A stretch of DNA of 64,000 nucleotides from the human T2T-CHM13v2.0 reference genome, Homo sapiens: NCBI RefSeq assembly GCF_009914755.1, contig NC_060938.1; one strand, given 5' to 3'. Positions within the stretch are counted from its first letter, which is position 1. The number at the start of each line of letters is the position of its first letter. Shown piece by piece: positions 28,478 through 43,569 of the stretch. Both the position numbers and the translations under genes were made by a program. The notes below the pieces were generated by a model that was not told the DNA's origin, did no database searches, and saw only the letters and a program-made list of their open reading frames with translations.

Positions 28478-29560
28478 ATGTGGTGGATACAGCTTAAGAT
28501 GACTCCTACTCTTTAAATGTGGGAAGAATCCATAAATAATTTCTAACCTCCTACCCACCCCCCAAAATGCAAAAGAGATTGTATGCCACTGCCTGAATTA
28601 GGTTATATTATTATATAAAGCAAAGCGATGGGATATAATGACCATGATTATACTACGTTAGGTAAGACTCCTCCTTCGAAGACTGGAATAGAGAGATTCT
28701 CCTGCTAGACTTTAAGAAGCTGCCATTTGTGAGCTGTGTATAGAGAAGACCACACGGCCAGGAACTGGGGCTAACTCTAGACTGTCAGAGTGACTGTAAC
28801 TGATGCAAGACAGGCAGGCCCCTCAAATTGGGGCTTAGCCCGGGAGGGTTCCTCACTTTGCCCAGGAAAAGAATTCAAGGGCAAACTGTTGGTGTTAAAT
28901 AGCAACTTTTGTTGAAGTGGCAGTGTACAGCAGCAATAGAGGTACTGCTCCTTGTGGAGCAGGGTTACCTCACAGGTAATGTGCCCAGAGGAGCAGCTTG
29001 GAGGAACATATATATATATATATTCCCTCTTTAATTATATGCAAGTTAGGGTGCGGTTTTATGCAGAAATTCGTAGGATGAGGGTGGTAACTTCTGGATT
29101 GTCAGGTTGCTGCCATGGAAAGGAGTAGTAACTTCTGGGTGTTTCCATGGCAATGGTAAACTGACATGGCCCACTGGTGGGCATGTCTTATGGGGAAGTG
29201 CTTTCCTAGACCTGTTTTAGCTAGTTTTCAATTTGATCAGGTGTCGGAGTCACACCTCTGAGTTGAGTCCCACCTCCTACCTCATAGCAAACAGCCAATA
29301 AGAATCAGAGTCTCTCCGTCATACTCTCACAAGGAAATATATTTTCCAATTATATGAATGAGCATGGAAATGAATTATTTCCCAGTGAAGCCATCAGGCA
29401 GAACACAGTTGAACTGATATCCTGATTGCAGCCTTGTCAGACTCTGAGCAGAAGACCATACTAACTTGTTCATGGACGCATGAATATGTTTAGATAATAA
29501 ATGTATGTTGTTTTAGTTTGTTAAATAATTTATTATACAGCAAATGGAAACTAACAAAAT
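28478..29560 (+). mobile_element. MLT1E-like MaLR LTR, split by the 28801-29284 insertion
   Basis: MLT1 motifs resume after 29284: cagccaataagaa...ctgattgcagccttgt...ataataaatgtatgttgtttt. Confidence 0.6.
28801..29284 (-). mobile_element. ERV1 solo LTR (MER66/MER50-like)
   Basis: TG...CA termini; minus strand begins TGAGGTAGGAGGTGGGACTCAACTC; approximate 4-bp TSD TAAC/TAGC. Confidence 0.7.
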
Positions 29561-29857
29561 ATAATCTTACAAGTTGTAATTAAAGCATTACACTAGAAAT
29601 TTATTACCTTAGCTGTATTTGTAACCCAAATATTGGTTTATTAATTCTCATTCTCATCCACTCTTTACTCCTTCCTCTGTAATGTCTTCTGGATATTTTA
29701 ATTATTCTCTCTTTCTTCCACTAGATATGACAACATTTTCATTCCAGTGAGTTTAGTGAGATAAACATAAAAGTGAGAACAAGAAAGGTTGACGTGTAAC
29801 TCAGAAAACAATTACATATCACCATATGTTGTTGAGAAACAACTGATAAAGGACTGG

Positions 29858-30305
29858 TGTGGTAGGCAGACAAAATGACTCCTGAAAGATGTCTAATATT
29901 CCAATCCCCAAAATCAATGGCTATTTTATCTTACATGGCAAAATGGACTTATGCAGGTGTGAGTAATTTAAGGATCATGAGATGGGAAGATTACTCTGGG
30001 TTATCTAGGTATATTTAATGTAATCACAAGGGTTCCTAAAAGCAGGAATAGAAAGCAAAGTGAGATTTGAAAATGTTCCCTGTCAGCTTTGAAAAGGAAG
30101 CATGGAGCCAAGAACCAAGGAATGCAGGTAGCTTCTAGAAGCTAGAAAAGGCAAGAAAACAGATTATCTCCAAGAGACTTCACAACAATGTAGCACTGTT
30201 GACTCATTTTAGACTTCTGATATCCAAAACTATAAGGCAATACATTTGTGTTGTTTTAGCCCACTAAGGTTGTGAAATATGTTTATAGCAGCAACAGGAA
30301 ACAGG
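29858..30305 (+). mobile_element. MLT1D-like MaLR LTR
   Basis: tgtggtaggcaga...ttacatggcaaaa...ggaatgcaggtagcttctagaagctagaaaaggcaag. Confidence 0.75.
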
Positions 30306-30421
30306 AAACCAGTTGCTGTAGGTTTAACAAACAGACTTTCCAAAAGAAATGTGATTATCATGGCAAACCTTTATATGAAGATGCTTTAATGCCTATTTGA
30401 AAAATACTCTTCTAATAAGTA

Positions 30422-31614
30422 CAATCATGCATTGCATAACTACAAGGATACATTCTAAGAAACGTGTCACTAGGTGGTTCCATCATTGTGCAAGCATCAT
30501 GGAGTGTACGTCCACAATCCTAGAAGGCATAGCCTACCACATGCCTAGGCCATATGGTATAGCCTATTGCTCCTATGCTATAAACCTACATAGCTTATTG
30601 CCATACTGAATCCTGTAGACAACTGTAACACAATGGTAAGTATTTGAGGGATCTAAAAATATCTAAATATAGAAAATGTATGTACAATTGTGGTATAAAA
30701 GGTAAAAAATGGTATACCTGTATAGGGCAGTTACCATAAATGGATGTTGCGGGACTCTAAGTTGTTCTGCGTGAGTCAGTGCATGAGGGTAAGTGAATGT
30801 GAAGGCCTAGAACATTACTGTACACTACTGTAGGCTTTATAAACACTGCACATGTAGACTACACTAAATTTACTTTAAAAAGTTATATTAATACAAATGC
30901 ATCTCAGCTTACAGTAACAGTTTTAATTTATAAGTTTTTTAATTTTTTTACCTTTTGGACTCTATTTTAACACTTGGCTTCAAAACACAAATACATTGTA
31001 CAGCTGTACAAAAATATTTTCTTTCTTCAAATCTTTATTCTATAAGCATTTTCTATTTTTAATTTTTTTCAACTTTTTAAACTTTTTTTGTGAAAAACTA
31101 AAACACAAACACACACATTAGCCTAGACCTATGCAGGATCAAGATCATCGATATCTTGTTTTCCACCTCCACATCTTGTCCCACTGGAAGGTCTTCGGGG
31201 TCAATAACTGTCATCTCCTATGATAATAATGCCTTCTTCTGGAATGCCTCTTGAAGGACCTGCTTGAGGCTGTTTTACAGTTAACTTTTAAAAAAATCTA
31301 GAAAGGTACACTCTAAAAAATTATTAAAAAGTATAGTAACTACATAAAACAGTAACATACTATTTTATTGTCATTATCATGTTATGTACTGTACATAATT
31401 TTGTGTGTTATATTCATATGACTAAAAGTACAGTATATTTATGTTTATTGAGTGCAGCATCACAAAAACACATTAAAAATGCATTGTACTACAATATTAT
31501 GACGGCTACAATGTCACTAGGCAGTAGGAATTTTTCAGCTCCATTATAATCTTATGGGACCACCACTGTATATGTGATTTATTGTTTCAAACATTGGTAT
31601 GGGATGCATGGCTG
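30422..31614 (-). mobile_element. Tigger3b-like DNA transposon, near complete
   Basis: Degenerate TIRs (caatcatgcattgcataac / gggatgcatggctg), TA on both flanks, internal ggaatttttcagctccattataatcttatgggaccacc. Confidence 0.85.
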
Positions 31615-34117
31615 TATACGCACAAGTATAGCTTCTTTACTACCACAGGTGCTATTCTATTTTCTTTTTATAGTATTCTCCTTATGTAGACCTAAAAAAT
31701 TATTCAAGCATTCTTCTGATATTTTTCCAAGGTTTCCCATTTATCTGCTGAAGGCTAACCTTTCCTTTGAGAGAAAAGTACAGTGAGAAAATCTGATCTG
31801 AAATAAACAAGCATAATTAAATCCCAATAGGCAAAAGGCACTCATAAAACCAGACAGTCTTTGGTGATGCCCTTAGTTTAGCTCTGTTTTCAGGACAACA
31901 GAACCTCTCCGACAACTCTGAGGAAAACCACTACCACACATGTTCCCTTTCATAGTGGCTTTCATAAAGGAAACATTCAGGGAATCTTTGCTAAGAAACA
32001 GCCAAAGAGAGATAGAGATTTCTAAATATTGTTCACTGATATGGACATCAAGGATACTTGATGCTTCTTTGGAGGTGAAAGAAGTGAGACTTGCTTGGTG
32101 TCTGAATGGGATAGTGCTGAAAGTTGATGTACTAGTCTTCCATTGCTCTTCACATCTAAAGATAACTGCCTCGCTTGATCCCAGTGGCCCATGAAACAGT
32201 AGGAAAGTGGGGTTGCCATCCCCTTTAACTGCTGCCATCAATTACAAAGGCAAAAGTTTAAATCTCTATTACTCTAATACCAAATTTCTTAATCTCCTAG
32301 ATGTAATTTATATTTCCAAGAGAGATGAAAAGTGTGGAACTATGATGAATGAGCAAGAGAGTATATCTGTTTATATTAGTAAACTCCTTTAGTTGCTTAT
32401 AAATAACCAAAAAATTATCTGGTGTTAATCATATGTAAGAAATCCTAAGTGGCCCAACAAAATTGACGCTAATCTAAACCACTGGCTATATATTTTTTTC
32501 TGCAATGAAATAGGAATTAATTGGCTAAGGTTGGCCTCTTCATACTTCCATTCCAACAATTAAGACTGTTATTCAGGTAGCTGTCATCACACAGCGATAA
32601 TCATATTAGAGTTACATAGCCAAGGCTCTGTGGTTCGAAAACCAAAACATTCAAAAACTTGATTTATATGTGACCCAGATAACTAATTATCTTCGTTTTA
32701 AAATAAATTTTAAAGAGAACAATGCGTTAAGTAACTATCTAATGAGATCAATAATGAAACTGATGGGAGTAAAATAAGAGCTTGCCTGGATAATGGCTTA
32801 TACAGTTTAGATGGCTCGCACATATAGAGATTCTTTAAAATAAGAACTTCATTTTTCAGAAATCTCTGGGTTGCTGGAATACCAATGTACATAGAATGAC
32901 AACACATGTGTGCAATAGCAAGGAAAACAGAAATCCTGGTCACTGAGTTTCTGGCAATGGGTCCTTTCCTTCAGGGACCTTCTGAGGTAGTAAGACAATA
33001 AGCAATTCCCAGTATCCTGTAATTCTGGGATTTGGTAGACTTGTATTCATGTAACAGGGACATTACTAGGTCAAATTACAGGTCAAAACAGTTCAGTCTA
33101 ATACTTTTTCCTCTTTAATTCTCATTTCCTCATCTGTAAAAATAGGAATGATCATAATGTCTATCTCATGAAGTTACTGTGAAATAAGATTAACTACGCA
33201 AAGAACCTGTGCCAACACACTGCCTCTGTATCTGTTAGATTTTATTCACATTATTATTATTATTATGTAACTGAAACTCAGATTGTACCATATAATACAT
33301 CTTATTTCAACTTGTAGTTCTGATTGCCTTTGCCAGGCAGATGGCCAGTTCAGGCAAAACATCAGTATTGGGTCTGCCATCTCTGTCTGGCTGCTGAAAT
33401 TGGCTTCAATCAGATGCTTTCATTAAAACAAAACCAAAAATAAACAACAACTTTCTTTATCTCAGGTTTATTCCTCTCCATGAAGTGTTCCTGAGATACA
33501 GATGAGAATTTCTGTCAGAGAATAGTATTCTCACAACATCAGTTGAATATAATTGTCAAAAAAAAGTTAAAGAAAGTGGACTTGGAGAGAATAACGCTTG
33601 TGATTTTTTTTTCCATTGTAGGTTGAGTTTTGTAACTTAGGAAAGTTATTTAACCTATCTCTCTCCAAACTTCTCAACTATAATATAAGAAGTTATGCCA
33701 AATGTTCTGAAAAGTTCTGTCGAGCTCTCTCAGTTTAGTCTAATTCTGTGCTTCTTTGGTTCCCATCCATTTCATGCTTGGCCAGGTGTCTTCCAGGATC
33801 GTGTGCACCAAGATCTTCCACTCATATTAATTAACAAAAAAACTCCTTGATCTAGTGAGGGACTTTTATGAATTTCTACTAAACAGCCTCCAAGAGATGA
33901 GACGTTGCCCTAATTCCTTTTCTGAATCTTTTCAGTATAGTTGAATCTACAGAACAGAACAATTTTTAAATAGTTGCACAGTAACTTGCCCATAGTAACA
34001 AGTCATACTTATTGTTTCCATTTGTTTACTGATAAAATGAATTATCTCTTGTATTAAAAGTATACATTTTTATACTGGGGACGTCTGGACTTCAGAGTCC
34101 TGAATACAATATGCCCT

Positions 34118-34409
34118 GGCCATGCGCAGTGGCTGTACTCCCAGTAATTTGGGAGGCCAAGGCGGGTGGATCACCTGAGGTTAGGAGTTTGAGACCAGCC
34201 AGGCCAACATGGTGAAACCCCATCTCTACTAAAAATACAAAATTAGCTGGGTGTGGTGGCACATGTCTGTAATCCCAGCTACTTGGGAGGCTGAGGCAGG
34301 AGAACCCCTTGACTCTGGGAGGCGGAAGTTGCAGTGAGCCAAGATCACGCCTTTGCACTTCAGCCTGGGAGTGAAACTCCATCTCAAAAAAAAAAAAAAA
34401 AAAAAAAAA
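34118..34409 (+). mobile_element. AluS
   Basis: Full Alu with a pure A tail; GCCCT on both flanks. Confidence 0.93.
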
Positions 34410-37026
34410 GCCCTAATTTATAGACTTCAAATTAAATTTTCTTGAAAATGCACATATACATGCACACGTGTATACACACACACACACACCAGTTGTTATA
34501 CTTAGTGAACAGGCAGGCCTCAGCTGCTTTGTGCTTACTAAGGGCTTTAAGAGAAATGATTAAGACAATTATGCCTAATTTATTCTACAAGATCAGTTAT
34601 TACATTTTTAATGACTCAATCTCTATCCCTCTTCTGTCCTCTCCCCACCACTCCCCTCCTCTCATCTCCTTTCCTCTTCTCAAATGTTCTTTGTATAAAT
34701 TTCAGTATTTTCTGTTTCTCTTGTTAATGAACAATTTAAATACAGTATTTGAAACATGTCCATTTTACATGTACTTGTAGTCATGTTTTTGGACCTCTTG
34801 AAAATTAAAGTTTAAAATTTTGGTAGGCCAACCACTGACATATGCTAGTGGACCTACCTGATGGAGCCACATAAACTACGTGACTGGAGGTGTGTATACA
34901 TGTAAAGGGTTATTTAAGCTTGGACACAAGCCGCATAGAACTGCAGACTTGTGTCTCAAGGCTTTTGCTTTTTGTTTTTTTGTTCTTCAGCTGATGATTA
35001 TGTTTTTGTTTCTGCTTCATGCAGGCTAGTTATTTTCCAATGGTGGAAAACGTGAATGGAAAGTGAATATTATGGCTTACCATTTGATGATGATCTGTAT
35101 CAGGTGAATAATGGAAATCAAGTCTTTATCACATGAAGGATCTGATCTGCATTTATTTTTCTTTGTGTATGTGTTTCTTTATCTATTAGTATGTTCAAAT
35201 GAATTGAGAATTTTGCTTCCTCTTAAGGAGACCAGTTCTGTGAATTGTTGACTAGGCTTATCTTTTATCTATGGCTAATGTTGCAGCTCTGAAGATGTAA
35301 GCTCTCTCCGTGTCTCTGTATCTGTCATTGAGGAAAGACATTACCTTTCTTTAAATGAGTATAAAGTATTTTGCTATTTCTGGAGTGCATTCATAAATTT
35401 GATTGTTACCTCTCTTCTATTAAATGAGTGCTGTTCAGATTGATTTTTACAGAATATTTCCAAAATTCACAGTAGTTAAGAAAATATAATTTGTAATATA
35501 ATGAAGTGCTTGGCTAAAATGAAATCCTTCTTACTAAAACTGCTTTCTCAGAAACAGTTAATGAACCCAGATTCACTTAATTGAAATGGATCAGAATGGT
35601 TTAATAATCTTGGTTTTAAAAAGTTTTTAAAAATCAGCTTTATGTCTTTTCCTTGCTATCACTGTTAAAGATAGCATGAGTCTATTTTATTTTTATAAGA
35701 TTTAAGATAGCTTTATTATAAAGTGTCCTAATTAGACTGAACTTCCTAAATATCTTATATAGGTTTACTAATAAAGTAAGCTGTTATTACTCATCTACAT
35801 AATATTCAAGACTTGAAAAGTTATACATAGCATTCAACAAAATTGAATAAAAATTCTGAGAAACATGTTTTATTGCAGAAATTATATTTGTAGTGTATTA
35901 GCACAACCATTATTGTTCAGATTTTAGGTAACTCCCCAAATTGAGTAAATATTAAATAAAGTTATGGTCTTTGGATATCTATAAAATTTCCCAGTAATAC
36001 TGAATATCAAAACAATTTCTAATTTGTACATTTTTCTTATTTTTATATGTTTTTACACGACTATAGGTCTGAGGCATATTAGCGAAGATACCCATTTCCC
36101 ACTTTGAAAAAATAAAATATATATAGAAGTAAAAAATGTATTATATGTATTCATGAATTTCGATAGTCTGCTAAGATGGTTGCATATGACAGACTTTTCT
36201 CAATGAAACACTAACAATAATTTTCTTACATTGACATTTTTGATATCATTGTTTTGGTTAAATGCTATAATTCATATGATATTGAGATAATACTGGGAAA
36301 AACGGTGATGGAAGAGCATGAATATGTAGACAAAATAATAAAATCTGTATTTTTGTAAATCAAAATGTAAAGAAAGTAGTCTTACAGTATCTTTTCAGTA
36401 ATATGAAAGAGGATAATGAAAAGCCAGATGTGAATGGGTGAGAAAGCTCACCATATATGCAGAATGGGGATTTTTACTTGCTTTGGTTTATAGTGTTTAC
36501 AAATACTAGATCTGTAAAGACACAAAGTGTTGTGTAAATATTTTTGCCAAAGTTGGCTCAGTTTAATGTGCTTATATTTAAAATGTTACGAAGCACTAAC
36601 TGCCAAATATTAATGCCAAACTGGAATTTGGCTTTCTTACTGTTAATAAACAATAACATTTTACCTTCTGTGCAATCTGCCCAGATAGCAAAAAAATCCA
36701 TGATCCACAAAAATAATTTTATCTTTATTGAGATGACTTTATCATGTCCTTCATTATTAAAAATAGAACAAAGTTTTCTCACATATGGAAGAGGTAAGCT
36801 TGCTTAAAATTACAATGCCCATGCATCCAAGATCCTACCTTAATCTAGTGGCCAAATATCTTGGGATGTATCTTTTGATTGTGCTGTCCCCAGATCAGGC
36901 TTTCCATTCAGAACAAATGGAAATTATAATGAATATTTTTACACTTAAAGGTATGTTTTATGTTTTCCCAAAGGCCTGGAATAGCATACAGATCTGCTCT
37001 TTCACTTTATAAAAAGAAACACTAGA

Positions 37027-37341
37027 GGCTGGGCACAGTGGCTCATGCCTGTAATCCCAGCACTTTGGGAGGCCAAGGTGGGCAGATCAAGAGGTCAGGA
37101 ATTCGAGACCAGCCTGGCCAACATGGTAAAACCCTGTCTCTACTAAAAATAAAAGAGCCGGGCATGGTGGCGCTCACCTGTAGTCCCAGCTACTCAGGTG
37201 GCTGTAGCAGAAGAATCACTTTTATCTGGGAGGCGGAGGTTGCAGTGAGCCGAGATCGTGCCACCGCCCTCCAGCCAGGGTGACAGAGTGACACTCTGTT
37301 TCAAAAAAAAAAAAAAAAAAAGAAAGAAAAAGAAAAAAGAA
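37027..37341 (+). mobile_element. AluS (Sg/Sc-like)
   Basis: Full Alu; exact 16-bp TSD AAAAAGAAACACTAGA at 37011-37026 and 37342-37357. Confidence 0.95.
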
Positions 37342-40300
37342 AAAAAGAAACACTAGAAATAATTAATTTGTTTGGTTTGCTCCCTATTTTAAAATTTGCC
37401 CAATACAATTGTGAGACTTCCTTAGGAATTGTGAAATCTGAAGGGATGCTTACGCTACCCTAGGTAAAGTTTGTCGAGCTAAAATATTAATATAAATATA
37501 TTAGGAATTGTACACTTTATTAGTACCTGAAAGATTCCATACTTCCTATCCCTCATGAGAAACAATGATCAAATTCTAGGAAATACCTATATACAGTATC
37601 CCATAAAAAATTTTAATCTTTTCCCTTCTGATATTTGGTGACTGTAATAAATTGACCACAGTCATTTAGTATCACTATCAAACAGATTTTTACTTCCCTC
37701 TAATGACTGCCCGAGGCTCTGCTACAAGTTTCAGGCTAGAACTTGTGTATTCACCAATAAAAGGACAATCACAGTGCATTGTGGATAGGACTGTAGCAGG
37801 TACTTTGAACTATTGATAATTAAGAATTAGTCTGTTGAATACAGGCTTCTAAAATAGCATTGCTTAGGCAACTTTCAAACTGGACCAGTTGACAGAATCA
37901 TTATAAACAGAAATTTTATTAGTCCGGAAGTGAAGGTACTCCACAAAAGCAGGCTGCTGAAACACGATCCAGCAAAACAAGAATGTATCTAGTGTAGACA
38001 TAAAGGGAACTCGTAACAGAACTCAAGGGTATAGTGTTTGAAAATATAGAAAAATAAGAAGTGAGATATATACATTTAAATTATGCACAGTAATAAATGT
38101 TTTGGTATTTAATATTACTGGGAATTTAATAGATATCCAAAGACTATTCATATATTAACTTCATTTAATATTTACTTAATTTTTTGAGTTACTAAAATCT
38201 TAATGTTCGTGCTAATACACTACAAATATAATTCCTGCATAAAAATGTGTCTCAGAATTTTATTCAATTTTGTTTAACACTATGTATACCTTTTCAAATC
38301 TTAAATACTATGTAAATGAGTAATAAAAGCTTATTTTTTTTACTGAACTTATATAAGACATTTAGGAAGTTTGTACTAAGTAAAACACTTTGTGATAAAA
38401 TAAGTTCAAACCTTATAAAAATAAAATGTACTCTTATGGTATACTTTCTGTTAAACTCAGGACTAAACAATGAGTGGAATTTAATTGTGGTTACTTTTTT
38501 GAATATTGTTAATAATGTTTTTAATGTTATATTTTTATGAATACATAAAGAAGTTGCTATTGCTAACCCTGCATTTATTAGACAATGTTTTTTAAAGCTG
38601 AAATAGAACATTTTTAATGGTATCTGCTTGTCATTGACTCCTTCACCCCTTCATCCTCATCCTTATCCTGAATTCAGAAACAAATCTTTTTCTGAGCCTC
38701 CTTCCATTTTAGGGCAATAGAGTTATTTGCATCTTTCAATAAATCTCTTCCTATTTACCAGTATATAACGGTACAAATTGATTTAGTAACAAAGTCCAAA
38801 CTGAAGTGCCACATTTGATAATGATTCTCATTTAATTAGGCATGACAAGTCCACTATTAAAAAATAAAGGTTGACTTTATGTGTGGAGCTGGTGCTTTCA
38901 GCCTGTATTCACCAAGGATTTTCTGAAATGCTTTGTCATGTGGCAGATGGAAATGTCACTATGTTGGCACAAACTGCTCTGACTCGACACCTGGTTTGCA
39001 GGGTCCTATTTTCACACATGGTAAAAGTGGTTATTTCCTGGCAGGTAAGGGACATTTGCACATTTGGAGGAACTCAAGAAAAGAGGAATTTACCCAATTT
39101 ATGAGTAGTGCAGGTGAAATCTGGCAGGGAAGATTTCTTAAGATTAGTTTCCTAGCTTCAGGATAGAAGAGTAAATTAAGAGAGGCTTTTCCAAGTCCTG
39201 TCTGTCATCCAGTATCAAAATTTCCAGACAAATTACTTCTCTGACATTTGAACTTGTTCAATATGGAATGGCTCCAGATTTGTAGAGCAAACCCAAGAAA
39301 CCCTATATGGTTAATTAGTGCTCTTGTGACACTTACGTAAATAATCAAGTCAAATCTTTTTGTGGTTAATAATAATTTTCAGAGATTACTTACGATCACA
39401 AAGTGAGAAATAGTCCAAAAATTATCTGAAACTTAGATAATGCAAAAAGATCTTTTTCAGCTTTATATATTGAAAGGCAAATCTAGAAGTCTAGAAAATT
39501 GTCTAGAAAAATGACACAGTATTATTAATTATTTACTATTAATTTAAAGTCTCATATTTAGTAATGCTACCTGCTAAATTACAGACTTTCTCCAGTAATG
39601 ACTCAGTATTAATTCCTGTCAGTTGAAACAGATAATGCCAATGTTTATAGTTTTTATGGCTTAATTGGACTTTTACCAATTGTGTATTTAATAAAGCAGT
39701 CATATTCTAAGTTTTTATTTATCCATAAAATTGCATATCTCATACTCTCCTTATTTAATTAGTTAAATTAAATTGTGACAGAGTCCCACTTGTTTGAGAG
39801 ACATGTTTTAATATTTTAAAAAATATAGTTATATTATAGAACTAGAAAAGAAGAAGAAAGACTTATCAAAAAGTTCTAAATCATGCCAATTCCTACCACT
39901 ATCAAGTAGCGGAATGTGATTTTAGATTTATCCAGCTTTATGTCTCAGCAAGATATATATAATGAATCAAGGCAAAAATAAATACTTGTAGAAATTGTCT
40001 TGTTTAAACATTTTGGGAAGAATAATTATGGTGAAAATAATTTTTCTAATAGATTATTTAATTTATATTGTATAAATTGACACATTTCCAAGTTATTTAT
40101 ATTTAAACTTTTCTCCTTTGTACTTGAAGATAATATATTTGTTCTCTAGATTTGTTATCTTCTTGAAATATTTGGGAAAATATTTGAAACCTGAAAATTG
40201 TCATACAAATGTTAGTTATTATTTATTTTATCTTACCAAGTTGATAACTAAAGGTTTTTTCATAATGGTAGGCTCCGTTCAGTTTTCTATTACATGTTGG

Positions 40301-43300
40301 TATAATAGTGTTATAGACACTCAGAATTCAGCTACTATAAATGCCTTAACTAATGTCAGCTGTATTTCCAGATACCCTGGAAAGAAGTTTTCAACTAATC
40401 CTCAAAGACTTTTATTTTTAAAATGAAATGACTTATTCTATATTTAGTCCTTGAGCTTTTTGAAAAATTGCCATAAAAAATCAATCATTTCCTCTTTTAC
40501 CAATTTCATCTTTTGTCCTTGTCACTTTTTAACTTGCATCATAAATTTTGACTGTGTCTACAATGATATTATTTCAATGCCAGATATATGCAAATGAGGA
40601 GAGTCATTTTCATTTTAACAATAAAATATGCATATTCATATCGAGATTGGGCAATGGCAAAACATTATTAGTTCAATACACTCAATTTGTTCACTAACTT
40701 CATAATTCCAACATCACTTTCTTTTAAGAAACTAAAATTAAAGGATATTTTTTAAAATCACAAAAACAGCCTAATTTTTCATGCTTTCTTTAGCATAATC
40801 TCCCTTTTGAGCTAATTTTTCTTTTATGGAGATGAGTCCCTTGAATGTCATAATTCCAGTATATTTCTTTACTATGCTTTGTGAGAAAAAAAGACTTTTT
40901 ATTTATTTCTGCCCAGTTGTCAAAATTTCAAACTGAGTTTTCTATCAAATAATAATAGAAAGAAACAGGGTAGAACTTCTTTTTAGTAATGTTGACAATG
41001 GCTTGCCCTGCAAAATATGATAAATTAAACCTATAAGGATATTATTACATTAATTTAACCTTAAAGTAATGGATTAGAATAAAATATATGTTATTGAAAG
41101 TCTGGGGATTTTTTTTCAAAATTTGTTCTAACAAAGTTGTATTTTTTATTGATTAGATGCAAGTTCATGATTACAGGAAGCCAGGAAGCCATTATAGGAC
41201 AAAAGATGATACTTCCTTTATGTTTTACAAGGGCATTGATTTACTGTCTAAATGAGTGTTACACTCATTTTCTCAGGACAATTAAACAAGTTACTATAAG
41301 TGTTATTTTCATAACAACAGAGTATCTCAGCACCATATTTTAATAAAATGTAGTATTTGAACTAATCTGTTGGTGATCAGAGAAGACAGGAAACCGGCTG
41401 ATACATATGAATGCTCTAACTTAAGGGGTTGGCAACCTTTAACACTTGTGCCAGATGGTGACACACAAGGACATTTGGACTGGCAATCAGCCTCTGGCAT
41501 TAGCTCAACCTCCTCTGTCTTTACCACTCTTTGGAGTTATTGCTACGACTCCTGGCCACTGACATAGTCACGATCGGTATCAATCTTGGATCTCAGAAAG
41601 TTATCATGGCTTCTAGGTCACTTTATCCCATCTGTTCTAAACTGTAATAGCAAATAAGACAGTAAAAAATGTTATCCTGAGGAGAGTGGTTTTTAAAAAT
41701 GTTTTTATTCTACCATAAATTCTCATAATATCTCAGGCATAAAAACGTCAATGTTTCATTGAGCAATATCCTTATCAAGTGATCAGTCTGCCAAAGTGTG
41801 ACAACCACAGTGATGGGAAGTTCCCTACATTCTGTGACAGTACAGTCTATCTCTTCATAGCTGAAGGTGAGAGAGAGTAAAAGTGTCAAAGGTGGGCTTT
41901 AGAACTCCACAAGGCCTGGCTGTGGTGATGTGGATGAAAACTTTCACAGGTCTGAAAACTTTTATGAATCTACTCATTGTAAAAATAAAATAGAATAAAA
42001 AGGATAATTATTTCTGCATGATTTCAGGATGATTTATGATGTTATTTTTATCCATTAGCCTGCAAAAATGAGCAAAGGAGATAATGGTAGAATTAAAAAC
42101 TCGCTATGCACACTTTAGTATCTGGCATGCAACATTTGTGTCTTTCCATTATCACGTTCTCCATGCTAATCCAAACCTTCATATATTTATGTGTGTGTGT
42201 GTGTGTGCGCGCGCAATTACAATAACTTCTCTATTTGTCACCCACTTCCTCTTTCCATTGTTAAACAAACAAAATTTCTCTTAACCAAGTTCTGAATGAT
42301 GAGATTGACAAGTCATTAATTTCACACAGGGGAACCATACTTAAAAAAATAAAAGGGAATCTCCTGAGAAGAGAGAGCTAATGAAGCCAATGGTTCTCAT
42401 ACCTCTAGTTATTACAAGGCAGTCAACAGTTATAACAACACAGTTTTGGTCACTTCTTTTATTTCAGAGTAAAAGATTCCACATTCAATCGTAAAATACA
42501 GGAGCATTGTAATTTTATGCTGGTTTCAAGAAGCAACGCTCTAAGAATGCTTCTTAAAGGCTCATGATCCCTGTTATTTGTGTTTTATATCTCTTTATAT
42601 TTTAAGGGTGGTTTTTAGAAAATCCTGTTACTCTTAGTTTATATTGAAATTTAGGCATTTTATAAATACAAAACATTTTTTAGAAATATAACAATCTTAT
42701 AGTTTGAGAAAGTAATGTTATGTTCAACCTAGTGAAGAACTAGACTAAACAGAAAACATCGTATTTTTTTCCTTTTTACTTTCTGATCCATTTTGTATCC
42801 AAAAGCTGGAACAATATTTGTAGAATGTAAGCATAGTTATTATTCTCATTAAAAGACAGCAATGATGTTGTTGTGCATTGGACATATGTTCCTTAACATG
42901 CTATAGAGTGGATTATATAAAACTGGTCCTTACATTTCCAAATCTTAACTCATAGTGCAAATTGAAATCTAGACTAAGGACACATAGCCTGAAAAGGTGA
43001 AAAATAAAGGCTGGCTCAGAAACATAAATCTAGTATCAAAGGCTTTTTTTTCCCAGGAAGACAGATAACTTTATTGTTCATTGTAAAATCTTCCACAGCT
43101 GAAAAATAGGTTATTCAACTTGCTCTCATCAGAGTAAAAGGTCCTTTTATCAGAATGATAGGTTACTCAACTGTGTTCATTAAACTATTTATTCTTTAAT
43201 ATTCATTTCAAACCCTCAATTCTGTTTCTACTAACCCCAATACTGTATATTATGCAAGAAACTTTGCCAGTGATAATTAATCCTCCCACATGGAAAGTTC

Positions 43301-43569
43301 TGCCTTAAATTAGAATCCAACAATCTCAAAAATATTTTGCTCTTAACCTCCCCTTTCAGAGGTGCTACTAAGAATCCATCAAGGTAGTTGACTATCTTGT
43401 TTAAGTAATTAATTGGCAAGGCTTGGGTTAGTCAACAGGTTATTTTAGTAATCATGTATAAGGTTGCTATTTAAGCTCCAGATATAATATCCTTCTTCAT
43501 TTCTGGTCTCTCTCTCTCTGTCTCTCCTATATGTCTGAATTACTCCCTTTCTTCAGCATTTTAGGGATA

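Noticed and set aside
34800-39600. Possible very old ERV internal region
   Set aside because: Some motifs look ERV-like, but I could not define boundaries or family without a Dfam search.
40588-40595. Octamer motif ATGCAAAT
   Set aside because: Single 8-mer expected by chance in 64 kb of AT-rich DNA.
42189-42213. (TG)n(CG)n possible Z-DNA tract
   Set aside because: Short, ordinary microsatellite.
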